A stretch of 64,000 bases of DNA from Escherichia coli (GTDB lineage: Bacteria > Pseudomonadota > Gammaproteobacteria > Enterobacterales > Enterobacteriaceae), in the NCBI RefSeq assembly GCF_044647545.1, contig NZ_CP172818.1; one strand, given 5' to 3'. The position numbers and the translations under genes were made by a program. The notes under the pieces were generated by a model, which was not told where the DNA came from, ran no database searches, and saw only the letters and a program-made list of their open reading frames with translations. Below are positions 29,528 through 38,842 of this stretch, piece by piece (position 1 is the stretch's first letter; every line of letters starts with the position of its first letter).

Positions 29528-30445
29528 TTAGCTCACCAATTGCCACTGCCTTTTTTCCATCACTGGAGAACTAATCACTGACATTAACAACTCTTTCACT
29601 GCCTGTGCCTGTGGCGATAAGTTCGCTCTGGCGGGTAAATTTAATGACAAAGAGAGACTCATGGAAGGCGTGGTAATGCGTGACATCCACCCATTTACTG
29701 CGCCACATAACGAACGCGCGGCCGATTCGGGTAATACTGCAACGCCCATGCCGCTGGCAATCGCTGCGGTAAGCGTAGCAATAGACTCAATTTCACCAAT
29801 GACTTTTGCCGTGAGCCGCCGTAGGGAAAACGCCTCATCAACACGAAGTCTAACAGCGCTGTAATCACTGGGGAGAAAAAGGTTCATTTGTGCAATAGCA
29901 TTAACATCAACGCTTTGCCCCGGGCAATCTTGAGTTCCTACCAGGAAAAGATCTTCTTTCAGCAAAGCCTGACTGGATACACCAGCCACAGGGGAATGCT
30001 CATAAATCACCGCCATATCGAGTTGTTGATTTATCAGTTTTTCGTTAAGCACTGCACCGCTATTTTCATGAAGATAGATAACGACCTCCGGGAATTCAGC
30101 GCGAACCGCCTGTAATAAGGGCATGGTGATGGATGACGCAGCGGTTCCTGGCGCAAAGCCAATCGAGACTTGCCCCGATAATGCCTGACCAACGTTATGC
30201 ACCGCCAGTTGGGCCTGCTCACACTGACGTAAAATGGCCCGCGCATGGGTATAGAGAATTTTTCCGGCGTCTGTTGGCGTAACGCCCCGTTTTGTGCGAA
30301 TCAAAAGTTGTTGATTTAACTCACCTTCGAGTGTGGCAACCTGCTGGCTGAGCGCTGGTTGTGCGATATGCAATACTTCAGCAGCCTGAGTCAGGCTACC
30401 AATATCTACAATTTTTACGAAGTATTTCAGGCGTCTGAAGTTCAT
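29528..30445 (-). CDS. nac: Nitrogen assimilation control protein (LysR family)
   Basis: Start MNFRRLKYFVKIVDIGSLTQAAEVLHIAQPALSQQ...; track ORF has 10-aa extension. Confidence 0.85.
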   Translation of the reverse strand: MNFRRLKYFVKIVDIGSLTQAAEVLHIAQPALSQQVATLEGELNQQLLIRTKRGVTPTDAGKILYTHARAILRQCEQAQLAVHNVGQALSGQVSIGFAPGTAASSITMPLLQAVRAEFPEVVIYLHENSGAVLNEKLINQQLDMAVIYEHSPVAGVSSQALLKEDLFLVGTQDCPGQSVDVNAIAQMNLFLPSDYSAVRLRVDEAFSLRRLTAKVIGEIESIATLTAAIASGMGVAVLPESAARSLCGAVNGWMSRITTPSMSLSLSLNLPARANLSPQAQAVKELLMSVISSPVMEKRQWQLVS

Positions 30446-30498
30446 GTTGCCTCCGGTTTTTGAGAATCGGCCCAAGTGCCGCCATTACTTACAACCAG

Positions 30499-30515
30499 AT
30501 TGCAAGATGCTTGCC
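30499..30515 (-). promoter_or_regulatory. Sigma-54 promoter (-24/-12) for nac
   Basis: Minus strand reads TGGCAAGCATCTTGCA, matching TGGCAC-N5-TTGCA about 55 bp upstream of nac start. Confidence 0.6.
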
Positions 30516-30770
30516 AGTTTTATTTTGGCGTTGATGTACAAGCTAACCAACTGTCAAATAAGAGATTATGATAGATTCGTCATTGGCTCTTTTCACCAGC
30601 AGTCGCGTTCCCCTGCCCTATAAAAGGAGGGTATGCACCACGATGGTTCATTACCAATAAGATTGAAATCTCATCACTTTGTTGAAATTGACAGCAAACA
30701 AACAAAAAAATGCATTTCACCCTTTGACATCACCATGCACTGCCATTAATATGCGCCCCGTTCACACGAT

Positions 30771-30846
30771 TCCTCTGTAGTTCAGTCGGTAGAACGGCGG
30801 ACTGTTAATCCGTATGTCACTGGTTCGAGTCCAGTCAGAGGAGCCA
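30771..30846 (+). tRNA. asnV: tRNA-Asn (GUU), canonical
   Basis: Exact 76-nt match to asnT sequence. Confidence 0.9.
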
Positions 30847-30901
30847 AATTCAAAAAAGCCTGCTTTCTAGCAGGCTTTTTGCTTTCTAATTACCAACGCT
30901 C

Positions 30902-31834
30902 TTAAAACATCTGTCTTGAACCAGAACTAATTTGCACAGGCATTCCCGATCGACGTTGCAACGCAGCATTTGCGCGATTCACATCAACTTCTTGCCCGTT
31001 GATAAACGCCCGCAAAGATGGGGTTACCGGCAATGGCACTTTTCGGTCAGACTCATATTCAGCACGATTGCGCGACAGCGGCTCATGAACTTCCAGCCAC
31101 TTTGAACCATCCGGTTCCGTTGTGTATTTCACTGGCTGATCAATAATTTGCACACGAGTACCTACAGGAACATTATCAAACAGATATTTGATATCGTCAT
31201 TGCGCAGACGAATACAGCCCTGACTTACCCGGAGCCCAATACCAAAATTGGCATTGGTACCGTGGATGGCATATAGCCTGCCAATATAAATCGCGTACAG
31301 CCCCATGGGATTATCGGGCCCCGCAGGAACAAATGCGGGCAAACTCTCCCCTCGTTTCGCATATTCGCGCCGGGTGTTCGGCGTTGGCGTCCAGGTTGGT
31401 GCTTCTTGTTTACGTTCAACGGTAGTCACCCAGTTACGCGGGGTTTCTCGCCCAGCCTGGCCGATACCAATAGGAAAGACTTCCACAGTATTACTGTCTG
31501 GTGGGTAGTAATAAAGACGCATCTCAGCGACGTTAACCACAATCCCTTTACGAACAGTGGCGGGCAAAATCAGTTGCTGCGGAATGGTGAGTTGCGAACC
31601 TGACTTCGGTAAGAAGACATCAGCGCCCGGATTCGCTTCCAGCATGTTACTTAACCCTTGCCCGTATTGTGCGGCAAAAGTCTCCAGCGGCTGGGTATTG
31701 TGATCAGGAACAGTTACAGTAAGCGACTGCCCCACTAAACGGCTACCCTCTGGAGGTAATGGATAAGTTACCGCCAGGCTAGTATGGCTGGCAAAAAGCA
31801 GAGCAAATGAGCAAAGAATATTTACACGACGCAT
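30902..31834 (-). CDS. ldtA: L,D-transpeptidase (YkuD domain)
   Basis: ORF with signal peptide and YkuD catalytic region; matches ErfK/LdtA. Confidence 0.8.
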   Translation of the reverse strand: MRRVNILCSFALLFASHTSLAVTYPLPPEGSRLVGQSLTVTVPDHNTQPLETFAAQYGQGLSNMLEANPGADVFLPKSGSQLTIPQQLILPATVRKGIVVNVAEMRLYYYPPDSNTVEVFPIGIGQAGRETPRNWVTTVERKQEAPTWTPTPNTRREYAKRGESLPAFVPAGPDNPMGLYAIYIGRLYAIHGTNANFGIGLRVSQGCIRLRNDDIKYLFDNVPVGTRVQIIDQPVKYTTEPDGSKWLEVHEPLSRNRAEYESDRKVPLPVTPSLRAFINGQEVDVNRANAALQRRSGMPVQISSGSRQMF

Positions 31835-31898
31835 CATGTCCCTTTCCTAAGTCGCGAAAGCTATCGGTTAAGTATAGCTTTTATCAGACTTTTCGTTT

Positions 31899-32978
31899 TT
31901 AACTGTTCAAATCAGAAGTCGTATTCCCCGGTAGAACAATTTTACTGGCAGCAAGTTCGCCCATGTTGTTGTATATCGCACAAGCAGCTTCGATGATGGG
32001 CATCGCCAGAGCTGCGCCACTCCCCTCACCTAAACGCATATCCATATTGAGAAAAGGCTCCAGCCCCAAATGCGACAGCGCTATACGCGCCCCTTTTTCT
32101 GCCGACAGGTGAGAAGGAATGAGATACGGTTTGATTGCAGGAGACATCTGGCAGGCTGCGAGCGCAGCAGCATAAGAAAGAAATCCATCCAGCAACACGG
32201 GTAAACCGCAGGAAGCAGCGCCTAACATCACGCCAGCCATTCCGACCAAATCAAATCCACCCACTTTTGCCAGAACATTAACGCCATCCTGCGGATTTGG
32301 CTGATTCAACGTAATCGCCCGGCGCACAACATCAATTTTATTAGCCAGTTTATCTGTCGGCAGGTTTGCGCCAATCCCAACCACTTCTTCAGGATCCCGG
32401 CCAGTGATTGTGCTGACTATTGCTGCTGCCGGTGTCGTGTTTGCCATCCCCAGTTCACCTACACCAAACAGCGTGACACCGTTTTTTGCCAGCTCCCGCG
32501 TATAACATATGACGTCCAAAAGTAACTTTTCAGCCTGACGGCGACTCATTGCCGGAGCTGAAGCAATATTGCCGCTACCTCGTGCGACACGCATGTTGAT
32601 AAGCCCGGGGATAGGCTCAGCAGTATCAATACCAACATCAATTACGTGGACGTTAGCGCCCGCTTGTGCTGCCAGCACACACACGCCGGTTGTTCCGCGG
32701 GTCATATTTTCAGCCTGAATGGCTGTCACTTCTTTTGGGGAAATAGCGACCCCTTCCTCCCAGACGCCGTGATCGGCACACATAACCAGTACCGCTTTTT
32801 TGCCCACATGCGGTATGCCATTCAACCCCGGCATTCCCGCCAGTTGTACGCCAAGCGCCTCCAGCCTTCCCAGGCTACCAACAGGTTTGAGTAACCCGTC
32901 AATATGCCGTTGTGCACGCGACATAGCGGCAGGATCGATGGCAGGGATCGTATTCAGTAAATTGGCAAGTGTTTGCAT
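31899..32978 (-). CDS. cobT: Nicotinate-nucleotide:dimethylbenzimidazole phosphoribosyltransferase
   Basis: 359-aa ORF matching CobT; first gene of convergent cobUST block. Confidence 0.85.
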
Positions 32979-32989
32979 GTCACGTCTCT

Positions 32990-33733
32990 TTATAGCAGTG
33001 CCAGCAGGAAGACCAGTTCACCAAGCTCTATGGCTGCTCCCAGCGTATCGCCGGTTTGCCCGCCCAGCGTACGTTTGAGAAGCTGACCGAGGATGAAAAT
33101 CGCCACCATCGTCACCACCATAGCAGCCACACCATGCATACCCGGCAATAATACGGCAGCAAAAATAGCGGCTAAGCCGAGTGTGACGCAGGTTTGTCGC
33201 CCATCAATTTTGCCAATGAACACATTGCCAAGCCCTTCTTCCCGGGCATAACGATGACGATACATCAATAATGCGGCAGTCCCGCGGCTGATCGCACATG
33301 CTGCCGCCAGCGATGCAAGGATCGGTTCGCCACGCAGAGCCAACTCGCTTAACACCAAAATCTTTGCCAGTACAACAAAAATCAATGCCAGACCGCCGTG
33401 GGTACCTAAACGGCTATCACGCATGATTTCCAACATGCGATCGCGGCTACGTGCAGAAAATACGCCATCACAGGTATCAGCGAGGCCGTCCAGATGGAAT
33501 CCCCCGGTCATCAGCACCAGCACAAGTACGCTAAACAGTGCCGCCAGTGGTGCGCCACACCATGCCTGCAGCACCATGAAGACCAGCCCGCTAATCGCGC
33601 CAAGCAATAATCCAATCAAAGGAAAAGTAATAATACCGCGAGAATAATGCTCGAAATCCAGTCCCTGGGACCAGCGACGCGGTACAGGCAGACGCGTAAT
33701 AAATGAGAGCATCGCCCAAAATAATTTACTCAT
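32990..33733 (-). CDS. cobS: Cobalamin 5'-phosphate synthase
   Basis: Polytopic ORF, internal start [16 protein letters not shown]... Confidence 0.85.
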
Positions 33734-34275
33734 TTGATTTTTACTCCAATACCCGAAACCACCAGCCATACTTCATTTGCCGCAGCGGCCAACTGCTGAT
33801 TTACCCGCCCGGCAATATCACGAAAATGTCGTGCCAGACGACTCTCCGGCACAATCCCCATTCCCACTTCGTTAGTCACTAATACAACCTTTGCGGGGCA
33901 ACGTTGGCAGGCAGCAATCAACGACTGAATCTCAGCATTAATCGCCTGTTCCATCGCCTGATAATCCCATTCATCAGGGTCTTTATCGCCGCCATAATCA
34001 AACAACAGATTAGTCACCATTGTGGTAACGCATTCAAGCAACACAACCTCATTCGGGTTAATGTCTGCATGAATTAATTCATCAAGATGTTGCCAGCGCT
34101 CCACTGTGCGCCAGTGCTCCGGGCGGCCTTGCCGATGATGTTCTATCCGTGCAGCCATCTCATCATCAAGGATTTGCGAGGTAGCGATATACAGAACCTG
34201 TGAAGAGTCCCCAATAAGCGCCTCTGCGTGGCGACTCTTCCCGCTCCGTGCGCCCCCCGTCACCAAAATCATCAT
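33730..34275 (-). CDS. cobU: Adenosylcobinamide kinase / adenosylcobinamide-phosphate guanylyltransferase
   Basis: 181-aa ORF with P-loop GGARSGKS. Confidence 0.85.
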
Positions 34276-35691
34276 ACCGACTCCTGATTCAAATGTATGA
34301 TGGTATTCATTGAACAGAACAATGGATCCCCCACCGTTGCTGACCGCAAAACATTTACGCGATTAATACTGCGCGTAATATAATTAAAAATCCAGCATTC
34401 TCAATCCATTACGAAATAAGATGGCATTACGGAATAGCCAGACTTTCTCGTGTTAACGTCCGACAAAATGCGTCATTGACAGCGGTTTCTGTGGATTGAC
34501 ACATTTCATTCAGATAATGAATTAATGCTACTGCCGGAACAACCAGCAAACGGGCATTGTGTTCTGAAATCCAGGCTATTGATTCAACGTCAGCGACAGA
34601 TCTGCGCTGTAAAAGAACTTGTAAAACAACGTAATAGAATTATCCGGAATGGTGGCCTAGAACACCACAATTTCGCTCTCTCGGTAAGGCACTGTCACAG
34701 CATTCAACAGAATGTGACTTGCCAGATTTATTAGCGCCACCAGATGTTTAACCGGGTAACCACGACCCAGTCGGGGATATATTCCATCTTCTCGCTGACA
34801 TCATCAAGAATAAAAAGGTTTATCACACTCAGAGCAACGTTCTTCAGCAGGCGGGATAATTCTTCAACATTTAGAAGATGTGTTATTAAAGGCATACAAA
34901 CTGGACGTATTGTATTTTCTTTTGGTGGTTGACCTAAGGTAGCAGTTTATCCTGATGCGCTGAGATTTCTGTAATATCTACGTCAACATTCTCCTCGAAT
35001 AGAAAATGCAGCCCCGGCAAGTGATTCACATTTTTTAACAAAACGTTGTTAGCGTGCCATTTTCAGAAGCTCTCCAAGAAAGCGAATTCTTTTCTCAAAT
35101 TCTGCATTCTCAGACACAGCTTTCTACTCCATGGTAATGGCCCAAATACGAAGTTGCTCAGGATCATTAGTGGTGCTGAGAAGTTAAATAACCATGCGGA
35201 GTACCACTCGTCATCACGTATTTATATATCATGAAGCTATTGTTGTGTTTTGTACATCAGTAGATATATTCTGATATACTCCTTTTGCTAGACATAACCT
35301 TTCACCTGCTTGCAAAGCTTCTGTGTTCTGACATTGCCAAATTGTTGCAATTCTGTATCCAGCCTTCTTTCAGTCATAGCTTCGGGCCGCGATAAGACTC
35401 ACTGATCTGACCCTGATTCCTCTTGCAGACTTTATAGACCAATTAAAATGCAGTTTCTGCAGGTCAACGTCTGACCATCATTGTCATCACTCTGGCCATT
35501 AGAGTAACCTTCTGCATTCATCCTTTTGTAAAAAGTTTATATTAGTATCAGCAATTAACCGGACCTGATACTGATATGAGTCTTACCGCATATACGGTCA
35601 ATTTCAGCAATTAATTACATTATCCACGCCAAAGTATTTGTCATCACAATGATGGTACCTTCTTTCAGACACCATTTTTTCAACTCCGTTT

Positions 35692-35732
35692 TCCACGGAC
35701 CGCACTCTTATGTCAAGAGTGCGGTCCGTGGA
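35692..35732. repeat. Perfect 18-bp inverted repeat with 5-nt spacer
   Basis: TCCACGGACCGCACTCTT-atgtc-AAGAGTGCGGTCCGTGGA; no T-run after it. Confidence 0.9.
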
Positions 35733-35883
35733 TACAACCAGAGACCGACTGACACGAGTCAGAGGAAACGACGGATATGTTCAGTCGTAAAATATCTATC
35801 AAAAAACATGATTAAGGTCAAAAATGTTTGATATTTACAATTTATGAAGATGACAATAATTATAGATATATGAGAACATAAAT

Positions 35884-35904
35884 GAAAATAATTATCATTA
35901 CAGC
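35884..35904 (+). promoter_or_regulatory. Fur-box-like sequence upstream of TonB-dependent receptor gene
   Basis: GAAAATAATTATCATTACAGC resembles Fur consensus GATAATGATAATCATTATC. Confidence 0.35.
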
Positions 35905-36254
35905 AATCATTTGTACTTTGTATTAATGAGGGATGAAATGTTATATAATATACCTTGTCGAATTTATATCCTTTCCACTCTGTCATTATGCATTTCTGGG
36001 ATAGTTTCTACTGCAACCGCAACTTCTTCAGAAACAAAAATCAGCAACGAAGAGACGCTCGTCGTGACCACGAATCGTTCGGCAAGCAACCTTTGGGAAA
36101 GCCCGGCGACTATACAGGTTATTGACCAACAAACATTGCAGAACTCCACCAATGCCTCCATAGCCGATAATTTGCAGGACATCCCCGGAGTAGAGATAAC
36201 AGACAACTCCTTGGCAGGCCGTAAACAAATCCGCATTCGTGGCTGGATTTGCCC

Positions 36255-37160
36255 CTATATTTCCAGACATCTGTTATCACTTAACCCATTACAAGCCCGC
36301 TGCCGCAGATATTCCCGTGGCGAGCGATAACCCAGCGCACTATGCGGATGCCATTCGTTATAATGCTCGAACGCCTCTGCAAGGTTCTTTGCTGCCGTTA
36401 ACCCGTCTGGTTTGGGCATGATACTGATGTAGTCACGCTTTATCGTTTTCACGAAGCTCTCTGCTATTCCGTTACTCTCCGGACTCCGCACCGCCGTGTT
36501 CTTCGGTTCAAGTCCCAACATCCGGGCGAACTGGCGTGTTTCATTAGCCCGGTAGCATGAACCATTATCCGTCAGCCACTCCACTGGAGACGACGGAAGA
36601 TCGTTGCCGAAGCGGCGTTCCACCGCTCCCAGCATGACGTCCTGTACTGTTTCACTGTTGAAGCCGCCGGTAGTGACCGCCCAGTGCAGTGCCTCACGAT
36701 CACAGCAGTCCAGCGCGAACGTGACACGCAGTCTCTCTCCGTTATCACAGCAGAACTCGAACCCGTCAGAGCACCATCGCTGATTGCTTTCTTTCACGGC
36801 CACTCTGCCTGTATGTGCCCGTTTCGATGGCGGTACAGCAGGTTTTCGCTCAAGCAACAGCGCATTCTGGCGCATGATCCGGTAAACACGTTTGGCATTG
36901 ATCGCAGGCATACCATCAAGTTCTGCCTGTCTGCGAAGCAGCGCCCATACCCGACGATAACCATACGTTGGCAGCTCTCCGATAACATGGTGTATACGGA
37001 GAAGCACATCCGTATCATCAGTGTGACGACTGCGGCGGCCATCCATCCAGTCATCGGTTCGTCTGAGAATGACGTGCAACTGCGCACGCGACACCCGGAG
37101 ACAACGGCTGACTAAGCTTACTCCCCATCCCCGGGCAATAAGGGCGCGTGCGCTATCCAC
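36255..37160 (-). CDS. insD: IS2 transposase OrfB (DDE integrase domain)
   Basis: 301-aa [33 protein letters not shown]... matches InsD. Confidence 0.9.
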
Positions 37161-37482
37161 TTTTTTGCCCGTCCATATTCAACGGCTTCTTTGAGGAGTT
37201 CATTTTCCATCGTTTTCTTGCCGAGCAGGCGCTGGAGTTCTTTAATCTGCTTCATGGCAGCAGCAAGTTCAGAGGCAGGAACGACCTGTTCTCCGCGGCG
37301 ACAGCAGTAAGACTTCCCCCCTGGATTGCTTGCGCCAGAGAAATAACTGGCTGGCTGCTACACCGTGTTGCCGGGCAACAAGGGAGGCCGTCATTCCCGG
37401 TTCAAAGCTCTGCTGAACAATAGCGCTCTTTTCCTGTGTAGTACGCCGTCTGCGTTTCTCCGGTCCCTAAGACATCAATCAT
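37118..37482 (-). pseudogene. insC: IS2 OrfA (InsC), out of frame in this copy
   Basis: ATG...TAA span is 365 nt (not a multiple of 3); MIDVLG then frame lost; later frames still encode [12 protein letters not shown]...LFLWRKQ and ...[45 protein letters not shown]. Confidence 0.65.
37160..37167 (-). promoter_or_regulatory. IS2 programmed -1 frameshift slippery site (A6G)
   Basis: Minus strand CAAAAAAG at the insC/insD overlap. Confidence 0.6.
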
Positions 37483-37804
37483 CTGTTCTCCAATGACTAA
37501 GTCAAAAACTAGAATATTAAGACTATCACTTATTTAAGTGATATTGGTTGTCTGGAGATTCTGGGGGCTAGTCTAGTGGCGAAGCATCCTCCCGTGTTTT
37601 AATTCTCATTGATGGTCAGGAGGTAACTTATCAGCGCGCCGGAGATAATTATGGTGTGGGACTGTTGATAGATGAGTCTGCGCTGGAGCGTGTTGAGATA
37701 GTGAAAGGTCCATATTCCGTACTGTACGGTTCACAGGCAATTGGCGGTATTGTTAACTTCATCACCAAAAAGGGTGAATCTCCAGACTCCCTATATCACT
37801 TAAA

Positions 37805-38515
37805 TTGATACAACTTTTTAGAGTAGTCATTAGTGAACAGATAATTGATAACTCAGAACCAGTAAAATGCAAAAGACGCACCACGCTGGGAAAATCGCTG
37901 CTATTCAGCAGAGTTTTGTATCGAGAATGGTGGCCAGCCACTTATTGCTCTCGCGTAAGCGGGTACCGTGACATTCTGCCCGAACTGGACCTGGTACTGT
38001 GGCTGATTAAAGCCGATGACCGTGCCCTGTCTGTGGATGAGTATTTCTGGCGACACATCCTGCACCGGGGACATCAGCGGGTACTGTTTGTGGTGATGCA
38101 GGCCGATAAAACGGAGCCCTGCCATGAATGGGATATGGCCGGTATTCAGCCTTCTCCCGCACAGGCACAGAACATTCGCGAAAAAACGGAGGCGGTATTC
38201 CGTCTGTTCCGGCCCGTACATCGGGTTGTTGCCGTATCGGCCCGCACCGGCTGGGAACTGGATACGCTGGTCAGTGCGCTCATGACAGCACTTCCCGACC
38301 ATGCCGCCAGTCCCCTGATGACCCGCCTGCAGGACGAGCTGCGCACGGAATCTGTCCGCGCTCAGGCCCGTGAACAGTTTACCGGTGCGGTGGACCGGAT
38401 ATTTGACACGGCGGAGAGCGCCTGTATTGCCTCTGTTGCACGCACGGTTCTGCGTGCCGTCCGTGACTCGGTGGTCTCTGTTGCCCGCGCGGTATGGAAC
38501 TGGATTTTCTTCTGA
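37805..38515 (+). pseudogene. yeeP: Prophage GTPase-like protein, N-terminally truncated (no P-loop)
   Basis: 236-aa ORF matches the C-terminal part of YeeP-type GTP-binding proteins; no GxxxxGK[ST] motif present. Confidence 0.55.
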
Positions 38516-38609
38516 ACCGGTGGTGACTGATGCCCTCCCTGACTCTGAGTCTGCTCACAAAAGCACTGTTTTCGTTACTGTCTCTCTTGTCCGTGCAATA
38601 GCTCAATAA

Positions 38610-38818
38610 TAGAATAAAACGATCAATATCTATTTTATCGATCGTTTATATCGATCGATAAGCTAATAATAACCTTTGTCAGTAACATGCACAGATACGT
38701 ACAGAAAGACATTCAGGGAACAACAGAACCACAATTCAGAAACTCCCACAGCCGGACCTCCGGCACTGTAACCCTTTACCTGCCGGTATCCACGTTTGTG
38801 GGTACCGGCTTTTTTATT
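38610..38818 (+). ncRNA. isrC: Small RNA IsrC region (5' leader upstream of flu); boundaries approximate
   Basis: Position between yeeP and flu; ends at intrinsic terminator CCGGTATCCAC-gttt-GTGGGTACCGG plus T6 (38780..38818). Confidence 0.4.
38621..38656 (+). promoter_or_regulatory. Three GATC sites (Dam/OxyR phase-variation switch of Ag43)
   Basis: GATC at 38621, 38640 and 38653 within aacGATCaatatctattttatcGATCgtttatatcGATCgataag, about 200 bp upstream of flu. Confidence 0.75.
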
Positions 38819-38842
38819 CACCCTCAATCTAAGGAAAAGCTG

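Larger units (their letters stand above)
36244..37575 (-). mobile_element. IS2 (IS3 family) insertion with 5-bp target-site duplication GTGGC
   Basis: Terminal sequences TGGATTTGCCCCTATATTTCCAGACA... and ...GGAGATTCTGGGGGCTAGTCTA; GTGGC at 36239..36243 and 37576..37580; contains insC/insD. Confidence 0.85.
35911..37805 (+). pseudogene. yoeA: TonB-dependent outer-membrane receptor gene, interrupted by IS2 and truncated after the plug domain
   Basis: N-terminal fragment with signal peptide and TonB box (ETLVVT) up to 36243; continues after IS2 at 37576 (plug-domain motifs IVKGPYSVLYGSQAIGG) and stops near 37805. Confidence 0.7.

Noticed and set aside
36684-37115. 143-codon plus-strand ORF inside IS2
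   Set aside because: Antisense to insD; no similarity to known IS2 products.
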